Virus record (IMG/VR): IMGVR_UViG_3300023174_000146 | Source: an uncultured virus (IMG/VR IMGVR_UViG_3300023174_000146) | Taxonomy: Duplodnaviria > Heunggongvirae > Uroviricota > Caudoviricetes | DNA length: 20,000 bases | Reading direction: 5' to 3' (one strand) | Shown here: piece by piece, positions 6,878-14,928 of the stretch | Position numbering within the stretch: the first letter of the stretch is position 1 | How the letters are laid out: each line of letters opens with the position of its first letter | The notes under the pieces: model-generated | What the model was told of the DNA's origin: nothing | Databases searched by the model: none | What the model saw: only the letters and a program-made list of their open reading frames with translations | Made by a program: the position numbers and the translations under genes

Positions 6878-8518
6878 TCCAAACATTAATGAGCTTTTTT
6901 GCTCTTCCTGCGCAGGTGCTTCATCACCCGCATCGTATGTAATCGCGCATCCAATAGAGAGAAGATTACAGGCGACTGAAGCTGCGTGCTTCACTGCCGA
7001 CTTGACAACCTTCGTGGGATCAACAATGCCACCCTCAAGCATGTCTCGATATGACTCACTTCTCGCGTCATATCCCATATTACCCTTCAGCTTCTTTACC
7101 TTCTCAACAATAATATCGGGTGCTGAGCCAGCGTTGATCACGATCTGCCTCATAGGTGCTTCACACGCACCACGCATGATTCTGACTCCACAATTATAGC
7201 TCTCATTACCCTTTTGGATAAGTTTATCGAGACTCTTTGACGTTCGAAGAAGCGCAGTGCCCCCGCCAGGAACAATCCCTTCAGAGATTGCTGCCTGGGT
7301 TGCATGAAGCGCATCATCAACTCTGTCCTTCCGCTCCTTCAACTCGATCTCAGTTGACCCTCCGATTCTGAGAACTGCAACACCTCCAGAGACTCTTGCG
7401 AGGCGCCTCTGCACAGTCTCCCTCTCAGGACCCTGAAGTGATGGATCGTTTAGCTTGTTTCTAAGTGATAGAACTCGATCTTCAAGCGCTGTCTCTGATG
7501 ATGACTTGCATCCAACAAGAGTTGTGGAAGTCTTTGAGATAATTGCTCGTCTGCAGGTCATGAGAGCACAAGAAGAAAGACCATTGGAGCCCTCAAACGA
7601 AGCAGCATTCAGCACAGGTGATCCTGTAAGGACTGAGAGATCATCAAATGTGTGAACTCGAGCGTCTCCAAACTCAGGCGCTTTAATTGCACAGACTGAC
7701 AGTACACCCTTAAGCTTATTGACCGCAAGTGCTTGCAGTGCTTCTGGATCTAGATCATCTACAATAAGGAGCGCAGGCCTGCGTTCCTCGTGAAGTCGCT
7801 CAAGAAGGGGCAAAATCTCCTTGACAGAAGAGATCGTCTTATTGATTAGAATCACATAGGGATTGTCAAGCTCACACAAAAGACGCTCTTGATTGGTGAC
7901 GAAGTAGGGTGAAAGGTAGCCTCTAGTGAGGTGGGTTCCCTCAACAACGTCGAGTGAAGAGTCAAACCCCTTTGCCTCCTCAACTGTCACTGTGCCGTCA
8001 CGGCCCACTGAAGACAGTGCTTTTGCGATGAGATCACCGATCTCTCTATCACCATTTGCTGAGATAGTTCCTACGTGGACGATCTCATCGTCACTTTCAA
8101 TTGGATTCGACATGTCATCAATTGCGCAAACAATCACAGATGCTGCATCTGCTATGCCTTTGCAGACTTCGGACTGCTCAAATCCTGCTGCAATCATCTT
8201 GAGACCCTCATTGTAGATCTCCTGCGCGAGGACTGTCGACGTCGTTGTTCCGTCGCCGGCGATCTCTGCACTCCTCTGCGCTGCCTCTTTCACCATCTGC
8301 GCTCCGAGATTTTCAAATCTATCTCTGAGATCGATGGACTGCGCGACAGTAACGCCGTCCTTTGTTAAGTGCGGTGGTCCTGACTCTCTCTCAATAATCA
8401 CATTTTGTCCCCTAGGACCCATTGTGACCTTGACTGCGTCAGCAAGAATATTGACACCGCGCTGAATCCTTGATCGCGCATTGTCTCCAAAGACCAAATT
8501 TCTAAATGTTGTATCCAT
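6875..8518 (-). CDS. groEL: Group I chaperonin GroEL (phage-encoded, divergent)
   Basis: Motifs VKVTMGPRG, TKDGVTVA, AGDGTTT, GYLSPYF, KAPEFGD, KDRVDDALHAT, GIVPGGG and GIVDPTKV. No GGM tail. Confidence 0.96.
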   Translation of the reverse strand: MDTTFRNLVFGDNARSRIQRGVNILADAVKVTMGPRGQNVIIERESGPPHLTKDGVTVAQSIDLRDRFENLGAQMVKEAAQRSAEIAGDGTTTSTVLAQEIYNEGLKMIAAGFEQSEVCKGIADAASVIVCAIDDMSNPIESDDEIVHVGTISANGDREIGDLIAKALSSVGRDGTVTVEEAKGFDSSLDVVEGTHLTRGYLSPYFVTNQERLLCELDNPYVILINKTISSVKEILPLLERLHEERRPALLIVDDLDPEALQALAVNKLKGVLSVCAIKAPEFGDARVHTFDDLSVLTGSPVLNAASFEGSNGLSSCALMTCRRAIISKTSTTLVGCKSSSETALEDRVLSLRNKLNDPSLQGPERETVQRRLARVSGGVAVLRIGGSTEIELKERKDRVDDALHATQAAISEGIVPGGGTALLRTSKSLDKLIQKGNESYNCGVRIMRGACEAPMRQIVINAGSAPDIIVEKVKKLKGNMGYDARSESYRDMLEGGIVDPTKVVKSAVKHAASVACNLLSIGCAITYDAGDEAPAQEEQKSSLMFG

Positions 8519-8706
8519 CAGCCCCTTAGCACCCTACGCTGTGACTCAAACAGCATTGTTGGAATTGAGTCAAGAACTCTTCTCTGCTGAGTAATCAGAT
8601 GCTCAGCGATGAGCTTATCACCCATCCAGTATGCAGTCTCATCAGCAGCAATAAAGCTCTTCTGCCTTAGATCCATAAGATCTTTGTCTGTCAGAGGTCT
8701 CTTCAT
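8518..8706 (-). CDS. Hypothetical protein (62 aa) translationally coupled to groEL; not GroES-like
   Basis: TAGGAG SD; its stop overlaps the groEL ATG (TGATG). Lacks the GroES PL.DRV and mobile-loop GGI motifs. Confidence 0.75.
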   Translation of the reverse strand: MKRPLTDKDLMDLRQKSFIAADETAYWMGDKLIAEHLITQQRRVLDSIPTMLFESQRRVLRG

Positions 8707-8724
8707 GTCAATACTCCTACGGGC

Positions 8725-8753
8725 ATTATACCCTGCGTAATCCTATGATAAAT
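8725..8753 (-). promoter_or_regulatory. Putative promoter ATTTAT-N17-TATAAT for the 62-aa gene/groEL operon
   Basis: Perfect TATAAT at 8725-8730 in the intergenic gap; the -35 is non-canonical. Confidence 0.55.
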
Positions 8754-8758
8754 TGTCT

Positions 8759-9550
8759 TCAATGCTGAAAGGTTTTGACAAACTTCAGCCAAGACTTATC
8801 ATTAGTAATTGAGAAGAATTTCATATCATCGAACATCGTACGAAGATCCTGCCAATCAACTTTTGGCTCATTGATTTCAAGATCCTTGAGATCCTCTGTA
8901 AGATTATGAAAACGAATCATCTGACAGTTTCTCTCAAACATCGTACGATTGTCATCACGGGCGAGGAAGGTCTCGAGATCATTAGGGCTTTCAACTAGAG
9001 ATAGCGCACGCTTATCTCCGACGCCCTTAAATCCAGGAATATTGTCAGTAGCATCGCCGCGAAGCGCCTTCCAGGTGACATAGTCAAACGGAGGAGGCGT
9101 AATAAATTCCTTCTTGACAGGATTGTACAACTTTAGGCTATTGTGATTCTGTAGAAGCTGGTAGAAGTCTGTGTCAGATGAGATCACAATGCACTCATCA
9201 TTGGTGTGAGTATCGGTAGCAATTGCTGCAAGCACATCGTCACACTCGTAGTTAGGATGACGAACGACATTGACAGGAAACTTGTCCTTCAAGATCTGAA
9301 TGATCTCCTTTCGTTGCCGATTGAAGTCATCCTTATCGTGATAGACACGCTGGCCCTTGTACTCACCCATCATGTCAAGACGCTTAACAGGACGTCCTTC
9401 AAGGACAAAGTAAGTGACATCCGGCTTGAACTTATCGACTACAGATCTAAAGCTACGAAAGAAGTTAAAGACGATCGGATTTTCCCCTTTAGCCCACCCA
9501 GTCCGAGAGCGATGAAGCATGTTGTACCCATCAATCAGGAGAACTCGCAT
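8759..9550 (-). CDS. 5'-3' exonuclease / flap endonuclease (T4 RNase H, T5 D15, PolA N-terminal family)
   Basis: Motifs LLIDG, YKGQR, YECDDVLA, SSDTDFYQL and H3TH ALRGDATDNIPGFKGVG. AAGGA SD favours the ATG at 9550. Confidence 0.93.
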   Translation of the reverse strand: MRVLLIDGYNMLHRSRTGWAKGENPIVFNFFRSFRSVVDKFKPDVTYFVLEGRPVKRLDMMGEYKGQRVYHDKDDFNRQRKEIIQILKDKFPVNVVRHPNYECDDVLAAIATDTHTNDECIVISSDTDFYQLLQNHNSLKLYNPVKKEFITPPPFDYVTWKALRGDATDNIPGFKGVGDKRALSLVESPNDLETFLARDDNRTMFERNCQMIRFHNLTEDLKDLEINEPKVDWQDLRTMFDDMKFFSITNDKSWLKFVKTFQH

Positions 9551-9581
9551 TTTCACATCCTTGAAGTGATCTTAGATAGAC

Positions 9582-9610
9582 AAGATAGTACTTCTTCTAT
9601 CATTGTACAT
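9582..9610 (-). promoter_or_regulatory. Putative promoter ATGTAC-N17-TATCTT
   Basis: Upstream of the exonuclease gene; exact 17-bp spacer; -35 similar to the other promoters in the window. Confidence 0.45.
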
Positions 9611-10055
9611 CAGGAATGCTTACATTTGCATTTGATCCATCAGGAAATTGAATCTTTATTTTGCTTGTGCCATTCTTCTTTGAGCTTGGAAGAGGACTAG
9701 AATGAGAAGACAAAGGTGCTGTCTCTTGATGTATAGTTTCCTCTGCTTTTACAGGAGGAATAGCACCAAAGCTAGCGTCTCTCATGTTGCTTGCAGATTC
9801 AAGAACGTGATCTATTGCGCTTGTCGCCTGTTTATAAAGAAGATCACGAACTTCATCCATTGATGTGTGGACTGTGCCATCAACACCAGATAGATCTACA
9901 ATTCTCGTTTGATTTGGGTCACCCGGAAGTTGGATCTTATAGGAGACCTGCTCTCCACTCAAGCTTCTTCGAGTGACCTGCTCCACAATCTTGGCAGGAA
10001 TCACCTGCCTCTGCTTATTAGAGATGATGTATACAATATCGCCCACTTCGTACAT
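9600..10055 (-). CDS. Hypothetical protein with N-terminal SH3/KOW-like beta-barrel (151 aa)
   Basis: MYEVGDIVYII...VIPAKIVEQV...VSYKIQL pattern; GAGG SD. Confidence 0.7.
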   Translation of the reverse strand: MYEVGDIVYIISNKQRQVIPAKIVEQVTRRSLSGEQVSYKIQLPGDPNQTRIVDLSGVDGTVHTSMDEVRDLLYKQATSAIDHVLESASNMRDASFGAIPPVKAEETIHQETAPLSSHSSPLPSSKKNGTSKIKIQFPDGSNANVSIPDVQ

Positions 10056-10072
10056 GATGTCCTCGTGTACAA

Positions 10073-10102
10073 AGTATATGTGTGTGCTCGCAATGTTTAA
10101 AT
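10073..10102 (-). promoter_or_regulatory. Putative promoter (A)TTTAAA-N17-TATACT
   Basis: TATACT at 10073-10078 upstream of the 10055 ORF; the -35 is a weak match. Confidence 0.4.
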
Positions 10103-10187
10103 GTCAATTTGTCTGATTAAAACAAGAAGCTCAGACACTTGAAAAGCTTAATTATTGTTGAGACGTGATCAATAATCGTAACCAGAC
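10079..10187. repeat. Direct repeat copy A (109 bp, mostly intergenic)
   Basis: Ungapped alignment to 10527-10635 (offset 448) with about 18 mismatches by manual count; shared core AAAGCTTAATTATTGTTGAGAC. Confidence 0.9.
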
Positions 10188-10507
10188 ACGCCGCCGGAAT
10201 TGAGAAGCTTTTCAAGCTCTTCTCTCTCACCGACGGTACCGACCACGCCGGCAATCAAATTAAGTGTGTTCTTATCAAGATTATCAAGAAGAGCGATCAG
10301 ATTATTAAGAAAATCTATTGAAAGACCACTAGCATTTTTTTTAGCTTTATCATAAAGCAGGTCGGCGAGAGCACCAGGTGGACCCTCATAACTAACAGAT
10401 GGGACGCGCGCGCCGGGCTGATCGTCGATCTGGTCGTAGATGCCCTCGTTGAGGCTTCTGACCTCCTGGCTAATGATCTTGCGAAGCTGTGACGCTGTGA
10501 TTCTCAT
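10169..10507 (-). CDS. Hypothetical, probably virion-associated protein; paralog of the C-terminal half of 10617..11267
   Basis: Leader MRITASQLRKIISQEVRSLNE; shares SLNE...EGPPGALA...GL..DFLN....LD..TL.LIA.V.G...EREEL...LN...SGYD with its neighbour. Confidence 0.8.
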   Translation of the reverse strand: MRITASQLRKIISQEVRSLNEGIYDQIDDQPGARVPSVSYEGPPGALADLLYDKAKKNASGLSIDFLNNLIALLDNLDKNTLNLIAGVVGTVGEREELEKLLNSGGVSGYDY

Positions 10508-10526
10508 GATGCGATATCCTCTTCTC

Positions 10527-10635
10527 TGTGTATGCTCACAATATTTAAATGCAAGTTTGACTGATTAAAACCATTCTCTCAGGCACATGCAAAGCTTAAT
10601 TATTGTTGAGACTTGATCAACGATCGTAACCAGAC
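10527..10635. repeat. Direct repeat copy B (109 bp, mostly intergenic)
   Basis: See copy A. Contains ATAATTA on the minus strand at 10597-10603. Confidence 0.9.
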
Positions 10636-11267
10636 TGTTTCTGGTCGAAAGCACCCGTCTGGTCTTTAGGATTAAGAATAGATCGTAGCTCTTCGCGCTC
10701 TTCTTTGTTTCCGAGGACTTCGGCAATTAAATCCAGGGTTTCCTCATCTAAAGATAATATCTTATTGAGAAAATCTTCTGTAAGACCGTGAACTTTTTCG
10801 ATAGCTGCAAAATGAAGTTGGTTGGCGAGAGCACCAGGCGGACCCTCAGCTTCAACAATTGGTCCGCGACCGCGACCGTCACCGTTTCCCATTTCATCTT
10901 CCTCGTTGAGGCTTGCGAAACGTGATGCTGATGTCATTGCACCACCTAGGGCAAAAGCATTGTTTCCACCGAATCCTGGTCCGAGGAATCCCAAAGTCGT
11001 CATTGCCTCTGTGAGAGACTTTGATCGTTGAACGCCCTCGACGAGTGCATCATCGGAAACAGTCTTAGATGAATTTTTTGCTGCAAGAATTGCACGTGTC
11101 TCACTGCGAATAATGTGTCTAAGATTCTTTATCTCAGCACTCTCAGCGAGGCGTCCTGCTGACTCCTTGAGAACAGCAGCCGGTGCTGCTGGCGAAGCGC
11201 TCTTTGTTGACTCTGCAGCGGTCCTCATTCCAGCAAGCTTTGCAAAACGATCAATATCAAACTTCAT
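10617..11267 (-). CDS. Hypothetical, probably virion-associated protein (216 aa)
   Basis: N-terminal DRFAKLAG, an LRHIIRSE helix and multiple LxE sites; GGAG SD; C-half paralogous to 10169..10507. Confidence 0.8.
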   Translation of the reverse strand: MKFDIDRFAKLAGMRTAAESTKSASPAAPAAVLKESAGRLAESAEIKNLRHIIRSETRAILAAKNSSKTVSDDALVEGVQRSKSLTEAMTTLGFLGPGFGGNNAFALGGAMTSASRFASLNEEDEMGNGDGRGRGPIVEAEGPPGALANQLHFAAIEKVHGLTEDFLNKILSLDEETLDLIAEVLGNKEEREELRSILNPKDQTGAFDQKQSGYDR

Positions 11268-11269
11268 GT

Positions 11270-11321
11270 GAATCTCCGGTGTGTGTCTGTACTATAACTA
11301 TACTGTCAATCACACAGATTC
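11270..11321 (-). promoter_or_regulatory. Hairpin over the RBS with putative late promoter ATAGTTA (11295-11301) in its loop
   Basis: mRNA reads GAAUCU-GUGUG...UAUAGUUAUA...CACAC-ACCGG-AGAUUC-AC-AUG. The arms pair and overlap the GGAG SD. Confidence 0.5.
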
Positions 11322-11969
11322 CAAATCAATCTCATACTTGTGTGGTGCTGTCTTCCAGAATTCAAGACTCTTCTCGCAGTTCCTCTTCTTTGCGGGTGAT
11401 AGATGTCCTGTGAGTTTTTCCTCTAGCTCTTGAATACGTCGATCATTAACACAACTGTAGAATCCAAGTAGGACTGTGCATTTTGAGAACGCTTTGTGCT
11501 TCGACATAATGGATCTACCCCGTGATCCCTTGCCAGGAAGCTGAAAGTCTTCGGAAGTAAGATCCTTAAAATACAAGACTGAGAAGTGTTCAAACTCAGG
11601 ATCTGCTACAACGTAGAGGTAATCAAGCTTACCCTTCTTCACAATTGAGGTGTGATCAGTCTGAAAGACGATGCCTCCATGCTTATTTCTCGTTGTAAGC
11701 TTGCATTCAATCTCAGTTGTGAGACCGTCTGCAGTATTTGTTACAACAATGTCTGGCTTGCCAGTGCTTCCGTCATTTGAGACGCTGTAGAGCGCTCGAA
11801 GCTCATCACCGAAATATTTCTCTTGTGCACCTGAGAGGAGAATATTTCTTCTTCCAAGATTATCAAGTAGGCTCATGTCGTGCCTATCGAAAAGATCTTT
11901 CAGCTCTTCGTGAAATTTCTTCATCTTTTGGAGAGCTGAAACTGACATTTCGCGCGAGATCAACGTCAT
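11310..11969 (-). CDS. PD-(D/E)xK restriction-endonuclease-like protein (219 aa)
   Basis: E in the N-terminal helix (AQEKYF), then GKPDIVV...EIECK, followed by the beta strand YLYVVAD. Confidence 0.7.
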   Translation of the reverse strand: MTLISREMSVSALQKMKKFHEELKDLFDRHDMSLLDNLGRRNILLSGAQEKYFGDELRALYSVSNDGSTGKPDIVVTNTADGLTTEIECKLTTRNKHGGIVFQTDHTSIVKKGKLDYLYVVADPEFEHFSVLYFKDLTSEDFQLPGKGSRGRSIMSKHKAFSKCTVLLGFYSCVNDRRIQELEEKLTGHLSPAKKRNCEKSLEFWKTAPHKYEIDLESV

Positions 11970-12014
11970 TAATTCACCACCAGCGTTTATTGAGCATACA
12001 GACGCTCGTATGCT

Positions 12015-12043
12015 AATATAGCTACTGATGGAATGGTTTACAA
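12015..12043 (-). promoter_or_regulatory. Putative promoter TTGTAA-N17-TATATT
   Basis: Exact 17-bp spacer; immediately followed by the inverted repeat AGCATAC/GTATGCT at 11993-12014. Confidence 0.6.
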
Positions 12044-12054
12044 GACAAAAAATA

Positions 12055-12411
12055 TCAATTTCTGTCGTCTGCGCCCAACTTCTTCCTGATGTTATCGGTT
12101 ATCTTTTTGCCTGCTGCTGTTGCCTTATTGAGTGGATCTAGTCCTAACACAAATCTCACCCTGTCGTACTCCTCAGCAGTGAGACGCTCCTTGAGTGATG
12201 CCATATTTGCGTACTGGTGTAGGTTTAGCTCAACAACAGGAATTTCTTCGCCCTCTGAGTCTGGCTCGAACTCACCTGTCTCCCTTGACTCAAAAATAAA
12301 AAGCATACGGGGCATCTCTTCGCCCTCAGGAACTGCGATAAATGGGATCTTAGAAGAGACGCCACCATCTGACTCTTCATAAGCGATCTCTGGAATCCAC
12401 TGCTTTGCCAT
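12055..12411 (-). CDS. Hypothetical acidic protein (118 aa)
   Basis: Clean ORF with GGAG SD and upstream TATAAT. Confidence 0.78.
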   Translation of the reverse strand: MAKQWIPEIAYEESDGGVSSKIPFIAVPEGEEMPRMLFIFESRETGEFEPDSEGEEIPVVELNLHQYANMASLKERLTAEEYDRVRFVLGLDPLNKATAAGKKITDNIRKKLGADDRN

Positions 12412-12451
12412 CTAAACTCTCCAATTACTGCTAGGCGTTAAACGCTCTCTT

Positions 12452-12480
12452 ATTATAAAGGCAGTATTTCGAAAAGTTAA
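12452..12480 (-). promoter_or_regulatory. Putative promoter TTAACT-N17-TATAAT
   Basis: Perfect TATAAT at 12452-12457 in the intergenic gap. Confidence 0.5.
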
Positions 12481-12493
12481 TTTGTTATGTATC

Positions 12494-13654
12494 TTATCCT
12501 GAAAGAATGCAGACCAAGAAAGCACATGCTATTGCGCGTCTATCACTTTCATCAAGACCAAAGAGCTGATAGTGTGTTCTACTTTCTTTGGTCAAGAAAG
12601 TGCGTGATGCATCAACAATGCGCTTCTCAAGGGCAGACTGCTCAGACGTGCTTCTTTTTGTGCTTGTTGAAGGTATAAGACCACCTAGATTGTATAAGAC
12701 AAGACTCACAAGATCATCCTTGCCTAGATCTTGTTCTTCAGCCTGTTTAGATGTATTCAACAATGAAGCTGCAATTGAAGCAAGACTTGTATCTGTTCCT
12801 GCAAGTGCATCGTCCAACATACCCTTTATCTGAGGGATTAGAGCGTTGACTTTTTGTGTGAATGCAGGCATAATGTTAAATTCTGTCTTCTTGGGCTTTC
12901 GCTGAGGCACTACTTTAGAAATAAAATTTCTAAAACCTGACGCCTGCTTTCCCAATAGATCATCTAAATTAACGCGATTTTCTGCAGTTGCTAATTTAGT
13001 GCCCATCTTTTCAAGCTGTGAAATGGATGCAAAATTACTTACAATCTTTGAGAAAAGATTCATTAAGTTTTGCTGCTTAGAAAAAGTCTGTGTGTATAGA
13101 TTTAAAAGCTCATTAAACTCTACATTGACCGCATAATTTACGATTCCCTGCAAGATGGGTCTATATTGTGAATTTGCATCATCAAAAGCAGACTCGACTC
13201 CCTTTTCATCTTTAACAAGCTCATTAAGCTTGCTGACTACATCTGCTGTGGAGTAATTTTCTTGCTTAGAAACTACTCCACCAAATCCTCGAACCTCACC
13301 CCTCTTAGACACGGGTGTTTGCTTATCTGTGCCCTCACTTAAAGATCTGAAATTGCTCTCATGCGTGAGAATCTCTTTTAAAATTAATAGAACGGCAGAA
13401 CGAGTCTCGCTAACAGACTTGCCTTTCTTTTTCTTTGACTTTTTCTTGCTGGCTTTTTTTAGTCCTGCGACACCTGGATCTCTTGCGGGTTTACCCTTGC
13501 TGTCTAGATTATAAAGCGCATCAGGGAGGCTTTCCCCCAACTGATAGTACCTCACACGACCCTTAGTGCCTATGAACTCCTCAGAAAACACATTTGAGAC
13601 AGTCTCATCAATAATTTCCTCGAGCAATTTCTTTGTAGAAAAATCTTTCTTCAT
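12494..13654 (-). CDS. Hypothetical helical protein, probably virion-associated (386 aa)
   Basis: ATGA overlap with the upstream gene; helices KKLLEEIIDETV and LLILKEILTHE; Lys tract KKASKKKSKKKKGK. Confidence 0.78.
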   Translation of the reverse strand: MKKDFSTKKLLEEIIDETVSNVFSEEFIGTKGRVRYYQLGESLPDALYNLDSKGKPARDPGVAGLKKASKKKSKKKKGKSVSETRSAVLLILKEILTHESNFRSLSEGTDKQTPVSKRGEVRGFGGVVSKQENYSTADVVSKLNELVKDEKGVESAFDDANSQYRPILQGIVNYAVNVEFNELLNLYTQTFSKQQNLMNLFSKIVSNFASISQLEKMGTKLATAENRVNLDDLLGKQASGFRNFISKVVPQRKPKKTEFNIMPAFTQKVNALIPQIKGMLDDALAGTDTSLASIAASLLNTSKQAEEQDLGKDDLVSLVLYNLGGLIPSTSTKRSTSEQSALEKRIVDASRTFLTKESRTHYQLFGLDESDRRAIACAFLVCILSG

Positions 13655-14898
13655 GGTGTTTCCTTGAGTTTTAAGATGCTGTTTAGCGCATCATCAATAA
13701 GTTTTAAGTATTTCTTGCCGTTTGGCGTCTTTAATAGCATTGTTCTAGCTGCGGCCTTGTCTTCAGGCCAATCAGCTGTGAGCTCTGCCTCGACCTGCGA
13801 TCTCATCTTTGTCAACGCGTCGTTTATTAACGGCTGAGTTTCTTTTTTAAGCTCATTCAGCACTTCGAGATATGCATTATTAGCAGCAGCTTCTACATCC
13901 TCTTTAGGTATCTTCTTTTTTTCGAGATCCGATCTGACAGCTTCTGACTTCTTTTTAAGCTCTAATTTTAATTTTGAGATCTTATTTTCAACAGCACTCA
14001 CAGCTTCTGGATTGACTTCTTTTTGTTTAGCAACATTAATAATGTTGTCAAGTGATTCAAAAGATTTTGCTTCGCTAAAATTTTTTAAGACGTCTATCTG
14101 ATCTTTAGCACCCTGCAAGATTTGATTGATTTGCTCTTTTCTAGCATCGTAAAGCTGCTCATAAACCTCTTCTGCTTCGCTGCTAATTCCAGCAGAATTT
14201 AAGTACAGCCTCAACTGATCTATATCAAGTGGTTTTTTATTTTCGTCCTTCTCAGACAAAAGTCTGCTAGAACGTCGAATAGCCTCTTGTGTCGAGTATC
14301 CGTAATCATCGCCAGATGCGTAGAAGACCTTTCTAAGTCTTTTGTGTAAATCTACAGTTTTATTTACATTTTTATCAGAGTTGTCAGACTTGCCGGTGCG
14401 TCCACTGCTCGTGCTAGTGATGCCCATTGTCTTTAGGAGGGGAATCTCCCAGCCTGCCTGCTCAAGATATTCAGGAACATTGGTGATTGCCTCAAGGCCT
14501 GCCTGGCCTAATTTTGCGCCTAAAAACATGGCTGGATCCATTGCAAAAAGCACAATTCCTAAATCGCTATTTGCAATAGCAGCGTCAGAAGCTGCCATGA
14601 TGGGCTGCCACCGACTGAGGAGCTTGTCATTTCGTTTCCTGTAGTCTTCCCTTGCCTTTTTAAGCTTAGCAGGGCTCAGAGTTGTCAGAGTATCGAACGT
14701 GAGACTAAGGGCATTGAGAACATCCTGCCCCGTAAGGGCTGCAGCACGTGCGACGTCCTTAAATGGTTCTGTTAAGTGCTTAAGAAGTCCTCTGTACTCC
14801 GAGGTCGTCATTCCGCCGTACTCAAGAACAATATCGGAGCGAGCGCTCGTCTCGCTCAGGATCTGCCTGATCACGCTTCTAAGCTGCTGTTCGTTCAT
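13651..14898 (-). CDS. Hypothetical coiled-coil protein, probably virion-associated (415 aa)
   Basis: Leader MNEQQLRSVIRQILSE; long K/E-rich helical C-half. Confidence 0.8.
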   Translation of the reverse strand: MNEQQLRSVIRQILSETSARSDIVLEYGGMTTSEYRGLLKHLTEPFKDVARAAALTGQDVLNALSLTFDTLTTLSPAKLKKAREDYRKRNDKLLSRWQPIMAASDAAIANSDLGIVLFAMDPAMFLGAKLGQAGLEAITNVPEYLEQAGWEIPLLKTMGITSTSSGRTGKSDNSDKNVNKTVDLHKRLRKVFYASGDDYGYSTQEAIRRSSRLLSEKDENKKPLDIDQLRLYLNSAGISSEAEEVYEQLYDARKEQINQILQGAKDQIDVLKNFSEAKSFESLDNIINVAKQKEVNPEAVSAVENKISKLKLELKKKSEAVRSDLEKKKIPKEDVEAAANNAYLEVLNELKKETQPLINDALTKMRSQVEAELTADWPEDKAAARTMLLKTPNGKKYLKLIDDALNSILKLKETP

Positions 14899-14928
14899 CT
14901 TTACTCGCCGTTCAATCTATAGGAGCGC

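Noticed and set aside
8518..8706. groES call for the gene upstream of groEL
   Set aside because: It is too short and lacks GroES motifs; only its position matches.
10073..10107. Canonical TTGACA (10102-10107, - strand) paired with TATACT
   Set aside because: The spacer is 23 bp, too long for sigma-70.
10079..10635. CRISPR array or att-site interpretation of the direct repeats
   Set aside because: There are only two copies, 109 bp long and 448 bp apart, embedded in a gene duplication. No spacers, cas genes or integrase are present.
12435..12445. Short palindromes near other promoters (GCGTT-A-AACGC here; AGTTACC-G-GGTTACT near 6824-6838; TCCTA/TAGGA near 2681-2695)
   Set aside because: They are short, share no common sequence, and are within chance expectation.
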